From contig JAXGZN010000001.1 in assembly GCA_040776945.1 (NCBI GenBank), forward strand, positions 448,001 to 512,000: DNA of 64,000 nucleotides, read 5' to 3'. Of this stretch, positions 47,000 through 56,555 are shown in pieces. Position numbers and translations under genes: made by a program. The first letter of the stretch is position 1, and the number at the start of each line of letters is the position of its first letter. Source of the DNA: Methanomassiliicoccaceae archaeon (lineage in GTDB: Archaea > Thermoplasmatota > Thermoplasmata > Methanomassiliicoccales > Methanomassiliicoccaceae). Under the pieces are notes generated by a model. That model was not told where the DNA came from. It did no database searches and saw nothing but the letters and a program-made list of their open reading frames with translations.

Positions 47000-48040
47000 A
47001 TGGTCGCGATCTCTGGTCGTACGAGGCCGTTCATCTACATTTTCCTCTCGGCCGCTCTCTTCGGCATCAGCCCCCCAGCGTCCAAGGTCCTAGTGGCCGA
47101 CGTCTCCCCTGTTGCCTTGGCCGGCCTGCTGTATATGGGAGCGTTCCTGGGACTGATGGTCATGCGGCTCGTCCAAGGGACAGGGGAAAAGGAGGCCGCC
47201 CTGAAGAGGTCGGAGCTGCCATATCTCGCCGGCTCTATCCTCTCGGGCGGAGTGATCGCCCCCATCCTTCTCATGACCGGCATCGCTTCGGTGACCGGGA
47301 TGGCCTCCTCGCTGCTTCTGAACTTGGAGGGCGTGGCCACCGCCCTCATCGCGTTCCTGATGTTCGGCGAGCCCGTGGGGAAGCGAACATGGACCGCGGT
47401 GGTCCTTATGACCGCAGCGGGCGCGATGTTGACCTTCAACGCGGAGAACGGTGAGGCCTCAGGACTGGGCGTGGCGCTAATAGTATTGGCGATGGCCCTT
47501 TGGGGTCTCGACAACAACCTGACGAGCAGGATCGCGGGCACTGGGGCAAGACGGATCGCCATGCTCAAGGGATTGGTGGCCGGTACGACCTCCTTGTCCA
47601 TCGCGTTACTCCTAGGCCAAGCCCCTCCAGTTAACGCCGAGATGTTGGCCGCTCTTCTCCTGGGCTCGCTTAGCTATGGGGCAAGCTTGGTTCTGTTCAT
47701 ATTTGCCCTTGGAGAGCTAGGTCCGGCCCGCACGGGGGCGTTCTTCGCCTTGGGCCCTTTCATCGGCGCCCTGGTCTCCATCCCTTTGCTGGGCGAGGTC
47801 CCTGGGCTCATGGTCCTCCCGGCCGGGGCGCTTATGGCTCTGGGGACCTATGTCCTCTTGAAAGAGAGGCATGATCATCTTCACTGGCATCCACGCATCG
47901 TGCATGATCACGTCCACGACCACAGCGCCGACCACGCTCACCAGCATATCAACGGCATGATCGGCCCGCATGGGCACGAGCATGTTCACGAGGCGGTCCT
48001 TCATGAGCATGAACATTCTAGGGGAGACCACCACCCTTAA
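47000..48040 (+). CDS. DMT/EamA transporter with His-rich tail
   Basis: About ten TM segments, WGLDNNLT, C-terminal H-x-H repeats. Confidence 0.88.
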   Translation: MVAISGRTRPFIYIFLSAALFGISPPASKVLVADVSPVALAGLLYMGAFLGLMVMRLVQGTGEKEAALKRSELPYLAGSILSGGVIAPILLMTGIASVTGMASSLLLNLEGVATALIAFLMFGEPVGKRTWTAVVLMTAAGAMLTFNAENGEASGLGVALIVLAMALWGLDNNLTSRIAGTGARRIAMLKGLVAGTTSLSIALLLGQAPPVNAEMLAALLLGSLSYGASLVLFIFALGELGPARTGAFFALGPFIGALVSIPLLGEVPGLMVLPAGALMALGTYVLLKERHDHLHWHPRIVHDHVHDHSADHAHQHINGMIGPHGHEHVHEAVLHEHEHSRGDHHP

Positions 48041-48128
48041 GGTCCATGGCCTTTGGAAGCGACTATCTGGATTAGTATCGAGGACCACCTAACTGTTTTA
48101 ACAAAGGTTATTAAGAGGCCGCCAATGA

Positions 48129-49232
48129 TTGCCGTCCCACCCTCACTGGAGCGTGCATAGACTGCCTCACTCAGACTCGGCCCTGGATGCGATGTTCGGT
48201 GTTGACTCGGAGTCCACCAGGCAACAGTCCTCCAAGTTCTACCGGATGCTGCCGTTCCGCCTTCAGATTGAGTGCACCGCGGATTGCTCCGCCGATTGCT
48301 CGTACTGTTACGCTAGGAACGTGCCCTCCGCAGAACCTCTATCGACCAGGGAGATCAAAGGGATCCTCCGGCGGGCGGCCGGCATGGGGTTCAGGCAGAT
48401 CGATTGGATGGGCGGTGATCCCATGGAGCGCCCGGATTGGATCGAGCTCCTGCAGGCCGCAAGGTACAACGGAATGACCAACAACCTTTGGACCTGCGGG
48501 GGACGCCTCAATGACATCGGGCAGGCGAAATGGGCCATCGACCTGACCCGGGACGGGTACATAATGGTGCACCTTGATTCCCTGGACCCTGAGATCCTGA
48601 GGTCGATGAGGTCCTCCTATAACCCTCGGACCACAAGGGACACGCTCAAGGGCATCGAGCTCCTGGAGGACATGGGAAAGCCTCCGCAGGAGATCGGGAA
48701 CTTGTTGATGATGACCGCATCTCAGGACGTCAGCGACGTCAAGGAGACGATGCGCTATCTTTATCAGAGGTACGGGGTGCGTACCTGCCTGATGTCCCTT
48801 AAGCCTGTGGACGATACTGGCAAGCTCTACTCCCTCCTTCCCCGCCCGGCGGACGTTTCTGAGGCATACCTCTACCGGGACAAACTGTTCCTAGGCGGCA
48901 GGGACATGGGCTGCCAGGACTTCCCTCGGGAATACTGCGGCACCACGGTGTTCATCTCCCTGGATGGAAGGGTCTCGTCGTGCTACTCCTTGCGGCGAAA
49001 TCTCGGCTCGTTGCGAGAGGACACTTTCGAGGACATCGTGGCCAAGGCCTCATCCTCATTGTTCTTTACCGGATTCCGGAAATACTCTGATGAGATCGTT
49101 TGCGGCTCATGCGACCCGGAGCTGTGCTGGGGATGCCGCGCCAACGCCTTCTACTTCGGCGGAGGCAGCTATCTAAAGGACCCCATATGCCCAAGGAGCG
49201 CCGAGAGCCGCAAGACCACGCTGCCATACTAG
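48129..49232 (+). CDS. Radical SAM/SPASM-domain protein
   Basis: CSADCSYC, GGDP, C-terminal CGSC...CWGCRANA...DPIC. Confidence 0.88.
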   Translation: MPSHPHWSVHRLPHSDSALDAMFGVDSESTRQQSSKFYRMLPFRLQIECTADCSADCSYCYARNVPSAEPLSTREIKGILRRAAGMGFRQIDWMGGDPMERPDWIELLQAARYNGMTNNLWTCGGRLNDIGQAKWAIDLTRDGYIMVHLDSLDPEILRSMRSSYNPRTTRDTLKGIELLEDMGKPPQEIGNLLMMTASQDVSDVKETMRYLYQRYGVRTCLMSLKPVDDTGKLYSLLPRPADVSEAYLYRDKLFLGGRDMGCQDFPREYCGTTVFISLDGRVSSCYSLRRNLGSLREDTFEDIVAKASSSLFFTGFRKYSDEIVCGSCDPELCWGCRANAFYFGGGSYLKDPICPRSAESRKTTLPY

Positions 49233-49987
49233 TCGTAAAGAGCTGGCTCTAGGACGAACTTGCAAAAGTTGCACTTGGTGCCGAAGCACTCCGACTGCGT
49301 CACCCTCAGCGGCACACCGGTGCGGGTGTCGAAGATGGATTCGATTATTCCCTCGTTGAGTGTGCATAGCGTCTTCCCGACATCCGGAGCATCGGACATG
49401 TCGTAGTCATCCTTCACTATCAAGGTGAGCGGTACGAGCGAGTAGACGTTGACGTCCCCCAGGTCGTGCCGGGCGAAGAACTCCTTGACCTCGTCCACCA
49501 GTCCTTTCATGTCGGTGGATCTCATGTGCCGGGCGACGGCAGTGCCGATCTGCCGGCCTATGTCCTTGAGCACCGGGTCCATGTTAAGCCCTATCGCCTC
49601 CACTCCGATGACCAGGGCCCGCAGCTCGCCCTTTATGAACCTGGTCGGCGAGCCGATGCTCTTGTCGATTATGTTGGTTACCGATCGGGTAAGGTCCTCC
49701 CGCGGGACGACCGAGGAGCCCACGGGCTTGGATACCAGATAGAATATCTTTCGCCGGTTGTCCGAGGGATCGTCCCTCGAGGCCACCAGCCCTTCCTTGA
49801 CCATCTTGTCCAGGTGCACTGAGAGCGTGGATTGTGCCTTGCCGGTCAACTGGGCGATCTCTGATAGGCTCAGGTCCCTTCTCTGCAGCTCGCTCAATAT
49901 CTTTTGCCTGACCGGGTTTGAAATCTGCTTGAGCCCGGAGCTTGTCGAGTAGACATCAAGAGCGGAGCTCTTTTTCATCGGCTTCAC
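49229..49987 (-). CDS. ArsR-type HTH + V4R domain regulator
   Basis: NPVRQKIL...KAQSTLSVHL; LCTLNEG...ECFG...CKF. Confidence 0.85.
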   Translation of the reverse strand: MKPMKKSSALDVYSTSSGLKQISNPVRQKILSELQRRDLSLSEIAQLTGKAQSTLSVHLDKMVKEGLVASRDDPSDNRRKIFYLVSKPVGSSVVPREDLTRSVTNIIDKSIGSPTRFIKGELRALVIGVEAIGLNMDPVLKDIGRQIGTAVARHMRSTDMKGLVDEVKEFFARHDLGDVNVYSLVPLTLIVKDDYDMSDAPDVGKTLCTLNEGIIESIFDTRTGVPLRVTQSECFGTKCNFCKFVLEPALYD

Positions 49988-50097
49988 TACTCCAATGCAA
50001 TGGTCATTATTAATTTGTTACGAACATTCGTTTAACGGTGTTAATACAACAAGGCCAATATCTTAGTATATCGGTTTGGAATGACACAGCGGTCATC

Positions 50098-51123
50098 ATG
50101 AGGGTGCGGTTAGGTAAGGAGAGCATCGAGACAAGGGCCGTTTGGTTCGAGCGGGGCATGCTCCGCATGATCGACCAGCGTCTCATCCCGCAGAAGTTCA
50201 AGGTCGTCGATCTGGTCGATCATCACGAGGTCGCGGAAGCTATCCGCAACATGACCGTGAGAGGCGCTCCCTCCATCGGCGCCGCTGCCGCCTACGGAAT
50301 GGCCTTGGCGGCGCGGAACGAGGCTGATGTCAGAGGGGCCGCGGAGGAGCTGAAGAGCACCAGGCCCACGGCCTATGACCTGTTCTACGCGGTGGACCAC
50401 ATGCTGGGCTCGCTGGAGCTTGGGGATGACCCGGTGCAGGCGGCGGACGCCTATGCAGACCAGGTCGTGGAGCGCTGCCGGCTCATCGGAAAGTACGGTG
50501 CCGATCTGATCGGGGAGGAAACGAACATCATGACCCACTGCAACGCCGGCGCCCTGGCCACGGTCGATATAGGCACGGCCCTGGCACCCATCCGCGCGGC
50601 GTGGACCGCGGGGCGGCATATCTACGTCTACGTCTCGGAAACGAGGCCCCGACTGCAGGGGATGAAGCTCACCGCCTGGGAGCTTTACAATGAAGGGATC
50701 CCGCACTCCATAATCGTGGACGGCGCCGCCGGCCATTTCCTCCGGAAGGACGTCAACATGGTCATCGTGGGCGCCGACCGCGTCGCCGCCAACGGCGACT
50801 TCGCCAACAAGATCGGGACCTTTGACAAGGCAGTCCTGTGCCACGAGCTGGGAGTGCCGTTCTACGTCGCCGCGCCAATATCCACGTTCGACTTCTCCAT
50901 CGCCAGCGGGGACAACATCGTCATCGAGGACCGATCCGAGGAGGAGGTCACCCACGTGGGCAGGGAGCGCCTCGCGCCGGAAGGCTCGGCGGCCCTAAAC
51001 CCCTCGTTCGACATGACCCGGGCGAAGTATGTCACAGGGTTCATAACCGAGGCCGGGGTCCTCCGCCCGCAGGAGATCGGCCGGCTGCGAAAGGAGCAGT
51101 TCGAGGAGGAGGGGGACCTCTGA
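50098..51123 (+). CDS. mtnA: S-methyl-5-thioribose-1-phosphate isomerase
   Basis: IDQR, VRGAPSIG, TRPTA, THCNAGALAT, ETRPRLQG, ANKIGT. Confidence 0.93.
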   Translation: MRVRLGKESIETRAVWFERGMLRMIDQRLIPQKFKVVDLVDHHEVAEAIRNMTVRGAPSIGAAAAYGMALAARNEADVRGAAEELKSTRPTAYDLFYAVDHMLGSLELGDDPVQAADAYADQVVERCRLIGKYGADLIGEETNIMTHCNAGALATVDIGTALAPIRAAWTAGRHIYVYVSETRPRLQGMKLTAWELYNEGIPHSIIVDGAAGHFLRKDVNMVIVGADRVAANGDFANKIGTFDKAVLCHELGVPFYVAAPISTFDFSIASGDNIVIEDRSEEEVTHVGRERLAPEGSAALNPSFDMTRAKYVTGFITEAGVLRPQEIGRLRKEQFEEEGDL

Positions 51124-51743
51124 ACGAGGACCGGGGCCGGAAAGACCTTGCCATGATATCCCGCCTGGCCTATGGCCGCCGGCTCACGTTCGGCGCCGGA
51201 GGGAACCTCAGCCTCCGGCTGGACGACACGACAGCGCTCATCACCCCCTCGGGAGCGATAAAGGGGCTGCTCACGCCAGAACAGATGATCAGGGTCGACA
51301 TCGGCACGGGCAGAGCGGAGACGGGAAGGCCGTCGATGGAGACACCTTTCCACATGGGGATCTACCGCGCCCGCCCGGACGTAGGGGCGGTCGTCCACCT
51401 CCATCCGACGGCGTGCACCGTTCTAGCGGTGATGCGCCGCGCGCTCCGGCCTGCCATCACGCCCGAGGGAGTTTTGGTGCTGGGCGACCTCGTCCCCTTG
51501 ATCGGCTACGCCGGCCCAGGCACGACGGAGCTGGCCGACAATATCGTCAGGCAGCTTGGAAAGGCCAACGCCTGCCTGCTGGAAAGCCATGGGGCGCTGG
51601 CGGTGGGGATGGACATCATAGATGCGTTCGGGCGGATGGAAACGCTGGAGTACATCGCCTCCCTCCAGCTCCGCTGCGAGGCGCTGGGAGATTTGGAGGA
51701 ACTGCCTCCTCAGGAAGTGGCCAGGATGCTGTCCAAACAGTGA
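51120..51743 (+). CDS. Class II aldolase/adducin family protein
   Basis: GGNLSLR, ITPSG, PSMETPFH, VHLHP, LESHG; start either CTG at 51120 or ATG at 51153. Confidence 0.88.
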   Translation: MNEDRGRKDLAMISRLAYGRRLTFGAGGNLSLRLDDTTALITPSGAIKGLLTPEQMIRVDIGTGRAETGRPSMETPFHMGIYRARPDVGAVVHLHPTACTVLAVMRRALRPAITPEGVLVLGDLVPLIGYAGPGTTELADNIVRQLGKANACLLESHGALAVGMDIIDAFGRMETLEYIASLQLRCEALGDLEELPPQEVARMLSKQ

Positions 51744-51964
51744 ACGTCCTGGCCTTGATGGCCGTCGCTCGACGATGCGCCCTCTTGGCCGCAATGCGCT
51801 CAAAGCTGATATCGAGAGCGGCCAGCCCGCTGACATGATCGGCCGATGCGCAGAGCGAGCGGGCGTCCGATCGCAGGGCGCTCGGATCTTGGCCTGTCTG
51901 CCGCTTGGGCAGGGGATCTCGCCTCACGATAAATTGAAATGGTCGCACCTAGTGAGGTGACGCG

Positions 51965-53089
51965 ATGATCCTGGTTACGAAGTGGTTCGGCGTCTTCCTT
52001 GTGGACAAGGAGAACCAGAGAGTGGTCCGCCACCATCTCTTCGAGAAGGACCCCAAGGCCATCGCCGCCAAGCTGGCCCTGGTCCAGAAAGGAGAGGTTC
52101 TTCCGGAGGAGGCGTCCATGGCCCAGAAGAGGATGCGGGTCGCGGAGCCGCGGCTGTCCTCCCTTGGAAAGCCGGAGTTCGTCGATTCCGCGTTCATCAA
52201 GCCCGAGGACTATGGCTTCTCGCCGCAGCTGATGCAGAAGGTCATGGTCGAGCTGGGCAAGATCCGTACCCGAGAGCCACTCCCGGCCGACCGGTTCATC
52301 GTACAGGCCGTGAGGGCGCTGGACGATACCATCGAGATGATCAACCTCACCAGCGAGCGGCTGCACGAGTGGTACGGCCTGCACTTCCCGGAGCTCGCCG
52401 ACTACGCCAGAGAGGAAAGGTACGCCCGGCTCATCGCCGAAAAGGGATCTAGAGAGGCTGTGCAGGACGCGCTGGACCTCCATCTTGAGTCTGTGGGCTC
52501 GGAGCTGGAGGAGAAGGACCTGGAGATCGTCCGCGGCTTTGCCTCCTCGCTGCTACAGCTCTACGGAGAGAAATCAAGGCTGGAAGCTTACATCGCCGGG
52601 AGGATGGAGGAGGCGGCGCCAAATATCACATCCATTGTGGGCGCTAGCCTGGGGGCGAGATTGATCTCGATCGCCGGAGGCCTGAAGAGGCTGTCCCGGA
52701 TGCCCGCTGGCACCGTCCAGTTGCTGGGAGCGGAGAAAGCATTGTTCGCTCATCTCCGACAAGGGAAGCGGCCACCGAAGCATGGGGTCATCTTCCAGCA
52801 TCCCACCGTGCACCGGGCCCCTTATTGGCAGCGTGGGAACATCTCTCGCGCCATGGGCGGGAAGCTGGCCATTGCCTCTAAGGTCGATTACTTCAAGGGA
52901 GGGTTCATAGGGGACCGCCTCAACGAGGACATCGCCCGGCGGGTCGAGGAGATCATGAAGAAGTACCCTGAACCGCCCAAGAAGGAGCTGCGCCCCCGTC
53001 AGGACCGGCGGTCAGAGGGACAACGGCGGGGTCCGCCTCCCAAGGCAGGGAGGCCGCAGAGGTGGCAGGGGAAGAGGGACCTGCGATAG
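51965..53089 (+). CDS. nop5: C/D box RNP protein Nop5
   Basis: EWYGLHFPEL, APN, QLLGAEKALF, PPKHGVIFQHP. Confidence 0.93.
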   Translation: MILVTKWFGVFLVDKENQRVVRHHLFEKDPKAIAAKLALVQKGEVLPEEASMAQKRMRVAEPRLSSLGKPEFVDSAFIKPEDYGFSPQLMQKVMVELGKIRTREPLPADRFIVQAVRALDDTIEMINLTSERLHEWYGLHFPELADYAREERYARLIAEKGSREAVQDALDLHLESVGSELEEKDLEIVRGFASSLLQLYGEKSRLEAYIAGRMEEAAPNITSIVGASLGARLISIAGGLKRLSRMPAGTVQLLGAEKALFAHLRQGKRPPKHGVIFQHPTVHRAPYWQRGNISRAMGGKLAIASKVDYFKGGFIGDRLNEDIARRVEEIMKKYPEPPKKELRPRQDRRSEGQRRGPPPKAGRPQRWQGKRDLR

Positions 53090-53187
53090 GGCGCCAACGC
53101 CTGCAACTAGTAACTGGCCGCTAATCTGGACAAGCTTGTTAAAAGCAAACTATATAAGCTGGCGGCGATTTCCCTCATTTGATATAT

Positions 53188-53571
53188 ATGTGGACACAGG
53201 CCGAGGTAAGGGAGCTCAAGGTAGGTCGCTACATGCTCATCGATGATGAACCCTGCAAGATTCTTTCCATTGACACTTCCAAGCCCGGTAAGCACGGCGA
53301 GGCCAAGAGCCGCATCGACGCCGTAGGGCTCTACGACGGCAAGAAGCGGAGCGTGGTGCACCCAGTGAAGCACAAGGTGCAGGTGCCCATGATCGACAAG
53401 CGCAAGGGACAGATACTCCACATTGCCGGCGATGAGGCCCAGATGATGGACCTGGAGACCTACGAGCAGTTCTCCCTTCCCATTGATGAGGAGCTCAAGG
53501 GGCAATTGAACCCCGGTGACGAGGTGCTCTACATGGTCGCGATGGGCAAGAAGAAGATCACCAAGGTGTGA
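53188..53571 (+). CDS. eif5a: Translation factor aIF5A
   Basis: Hypusine loop [10 protein letters not shown]. Confidence 0.96.
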   Translation: MWTQAEVRELKVGRYMLIDDEPCKILSIDTSKPGKHGEAKSRIDAVGLYDGKKRSVVHPVKHKVQVPMIDKRKGQILHIAGDEAQMMDLETYEQFSLPIDEELKGQLNPGDEVLYMVAMGKKKITKV

Positions 53572-53584
53572 GCTGGTCGTTACG

Positions 53585-54496
53585 ATGCCCACACCAGGAA
53601 TAACCTTCCTGGGCGCCGACACCTCTTATCAGGCCTCCAGGTTCTGCGTCCTGGGCGTCCCGTTCGACCTCACTACCAGCTTTCGTCCGGGTGCCAGATC
53701 GGCACCCACCGCGGTCCGTGAGGCTTCCTATCATCTCGAGAGCTACATGCTGGAGCACGGATTCGATCTTGGCGAAGCCGTCGTCCATGATATGGGCAAT
53801 CTTCCAGACTTCGCCACCATCGATGATATGTTGGACGGAGTGAGGACGGCATCCGCTTTGATCGTTAAGGATGGGAAGTTCCCCATAATCCTGGGCGGCG
53901 AGCATACTGTAAGCGTCCCAGCCATAGAGGCCTTCGAGGACATTGGGGTCATCTTCATCGATGCGCACCTCAATTACAACGAGTCCGGAGTAGGACAGAG
54001 ATACTGCCATGATACCGTTGTGCGTCGGGCGGCGGACCACGTTGGCAAGGACAATATGCTCGTCTTCGGCGTTCGTTCGATCTCCGAGGCCGAGCACGCT
54101 GAAGGCGGCCTCCCAGAGTACATCGACTCGTTCACCATAGCCCAGGAAGGCGTTGAAAAAGCTTTTAAGCGCGCCCTCAACATCATCAAGAAGGACAAGA
54201 TCTACCTCAGCCTGGACGTGGACGGCCTTGACCCGGCGTACGCGCCGGCGGCGTCCATGGTGGAACCTTTCGGGTTGACCTCATTCGATGTCAAGCGCTG
54301 CATCAACATGTTAGGTCCCCGGCTGGTCGGCTTCGACCTTGTGGAGATATCGCCGCCCTATGATAAGGGGAACACCGCCGCTCTAGGCGCGAGGTTGGCG
54401 CAGGAAGCGATAGCGGTGGCCTGGAAGTATCGCCGGACGGAAAAGGAGAAGGAGAAGAAGGACTCGACCGGACCGCGCCCGTTCTGGAAGCGTTGA
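53585..54496 (+). CDS. Agmatinase/ureohydrolase family protein (variant motifs)
   Basis: GVPFD.TTSFRPGAR, GGEH, DAHLN, SLDVDGLDP, DLVEISP. Confidence 0.85.
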   Translation: MPTPGITFLGADTSYQASRFCVLGVPFDLTTSFRPGARSAPTAVREASYHLESYMLEHGFDLGEAVVHDMGNLPDFATIDDMLDGVRTASALIVKDGKFPIILGGEHTVSVPAIEAFEDIGVIFIDAHLNYNESGVGQRYCHDTVVRRAADHVGKDNMLVFGVRSISEAEHAEGGLPEYIDSFTIAQEGVEKAFKRALNIIKKDKIYLSLDVDGLDPAYAPAASMVEPFGLTSFDVKRCINMLGPRLVGFDLVEISPPYDKGNTAALGARLAQEAIAVAWKYRRTEKEKEKKDSTGPRPFWKR

Positions 54497-54517
54497 TCCG
54501 ACCCCCCTTGCGCACCA

Positions 54518-55864
54518 CTATATAAGGTCGCCCAGGACCTTCTCGCAATCCTCGGAGCGCCGGCGAGCATCCTCCTCGGTCCTGGCCTCAGAGTACACTC
54601 GGAACAGAGGCTCGGTGCCCGATGGCCTGACCAATGTCCAGCCATCATCGAAGCATATCTTGACCCCATCTGTAGTGTCAACCCTCTGCGACGAATAGTA
54701 CCGTACCAGGGCGGCGAGCACGGCCTCCTTGCGATCGTCCGGGCACTCCATTTTCCGCTTGTCCTGGCTATACGCAGGTATGCGGTCCACAAGCTTGGAC
54801 AGCGGACCGTCAGCGGCGACCACCTCGAGCATCTTGGCAACCGTCATCCCCCCATCCCGGCAATACTGGTGCTTGGGGAATATCAGCCCGCCGTTCTCCT
54901 CTCCACCGAAGACCGCCCCGATCTCGATCATCTTCCTCGCCACCACTGGAGCGCCCACCCGGGTGTAAACGACGTTCCCGCCGGCTCTCCGGACGACGTC
55001 CTCGACGGCCATGGACGACGATACCGGCGTCACCACGGTGCCGCCTCCGTTCTCCCGGACCATCGCCTCGGCGATTATGGCCAGGGACTTGTCTCCGTAC
55101 ATGTATCGGCCCCTGTCGTCCACGAAGATGGTCCGGTCCGCGTCGCCATCGTGGGCAATGCCCATGTCCGCGCCGGTGTCCTTGACCATGATTATCAGGT
55201 CCCTGAGGTGGGATTCAACGGGTTCAGATGGATGCCCGGGGAAGGTACCCTGCGGGTTGCTGTTGAGAGTGATCGCACGGACGTTGAGGTCGTCCAGAAG
55301 CTGAGGGGCGGTCACCGCCCCGGCCCCGTTGGCGCAGTCAAGCACCACGGTCAACCCGGCGCCCCGGATGGCGTCGGCGTCCACCAAGCGCTTAACCGAC
55401 CCAAGGTAATCGTCCACCGCCCCGGTGGCCTGTCTCAGGTCACCGACGCCGCGCCAGTCCATGGTGCGGAAGCTCTTGCTGAAATAGAGCCGCTCGATCT
55501 CCTCTTCCTTGGTCCGAGGCATCTCCGTTCCATCGGAATCGACGCACTTGATCCCGTTGAACTCCGGAGGATTGTGCGAGGCAGTGATCATCACTCCGCC
55601 CGCAAGGCCATTGTTCTTCACGTAATGCTGCACCACTGGCGTTGGCACCAGACCGAGGTCGAGGACGTCTGACCCGGCGCTCATGATCCCCGCGGACACC
55701 GCGCTCTTGATCATGGTGGCGGAGGTTCTGGAGTCGTTGCCCACGGCCACCTGGCCGCCCATGAACGTTCCGATGGCCTTACCCAGGTCCATGGCCAACT
55801 GGACGTTCATGTCCTTGTTGATCACTCCCCTCACCCCGTTGGTGCCGAACAACCTCTCCGCCAT
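54518..55864 (-). CDS. Second phosphohexomutase (GlmM/PMM-PGM family)
   Basis: LFGTNGVRG, TASHNP, DGDADR, GGEENG, RPSGTEP. Confidence 0.9.
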   Translation of the reverse strand: MAERLFGTNGVRGVINKDMNVQLAMDLGKAIGTFMGGQVAVGNDSRTSATMIKSAVSAGIMSAGSDVLDLGLVPTPVVQHYVKNNGLAGGVMITASHNPPEFNGIKCVDSDGTEMPRTKEEEIERLYFSKSFRTMDWRGVGDLRQATGAVDDYLGSVKRLVDADAIRGAGLTVVLDCANGAGAVTAPQLLDDLNVRAITLNSNPQGTFPGHPSEPVESHLRDLIIMVKDTGADMGIAHDGDADRTIFVDDRGRYMYGDKSLAIIAEAMVRENGGGTVVTPVSSSMAVEDVVRRAGGNVVYTRVGAPVVARKMIEIGAVFGGEENGGLIFPKHQYCRDGGMTVAKMLEVVAADGPLSKLVDRIPAYSQDKRKMECPDDRKEAVLAALVRYYSSQRVDTTDGVKICFDDGWTLVRPSGTEPLFRVYSEARTEEDARRRSEDCEKVLGDLI

Positions 55865-55868
55865 CACA

Positions 55869-56555
55869 TCACCGGACCTTGTGGGCATCGGAAGTGATCA
55901 GGATGTGTATAATGTCAGCGACGTCCTTGCAGGAGTCGGAGGCGTTCTCGATGCCATGGAGCATGTCTCTCAGGAGGAACACCGCCCGGGGATCTATGTC
56001 CGAGAACAGGATCTCCTTCTTGGTGACGAAGTACAGCTCGTCGAGAACATGCTCCAGCCTCTCGACCTCTCGGGAGTGTCTTTCCGCCTTCTCGTCGTTG
56101 ATGCCGAGGTTCTCTATGCTGGCCCTAAGCTCCTTGGTGGCCCGCTCCAGCTCGATGGTCATCTCGTGATAGTGGGACCAAAGGCTGCAGGGCACCTTGA
56201 CCCCGGCCTCTAGGATGAGCTGCAGGTTCATTCCCGCTTCCTTGGACCAGTCGGCGATGTAGTCCATTCGGCGGACCAGACGCATCAGGTCCTCCCGTTC
56301 CTTGGGCTCCATGTCCCCCTTGCTCAGCTCCATGCTCATCCTCTCCTCGAGGCTGTCCGCTTCCTGCTCTAAGAGCAGCATGCGGTTCAGGGCCTCCATG
56401 GCCTTTGCCGGGTCCGAGCCGCACAGGGCGGTGACAGCCTTGTTCAGTTCGGAGGTCGCGTCCCCTACCGCGCGCACATGGTCTCGTATGCCGCTCATGA
56501 CCATCGACTCTCGGCGTTTGCCAAACCATTCCAGCAACGATTTCCTTTCATTCAA
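55869..56555 (-). CDS. DUF47/PhoU-like phosphate transport regulator
   Basis: LEQEAD...REDLMRL...DYIAD and LEHVLD...IENASDSCKDVAD helical repeats. Confidence 0.82.
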   Translation of the reverse strand: MNERKSLLEWFGKRRESMVMSGIRDHVRAVGDATSELNKAVTALCGSDPAKAMEALNRMLLLEQEADSLEERMSMELSKGDMEPKEREDLMRLVRRMDYIADWSKEAGMNLQLILEAGVKVPCSLWSHYHEMTIELERATKELRASIENLGINDEKAERHSREVERLEHVLDELYFVTKKEILFSDIDPRAVFLLRDMLHGIENASDSCKDVADIIHILITSDAHKVR

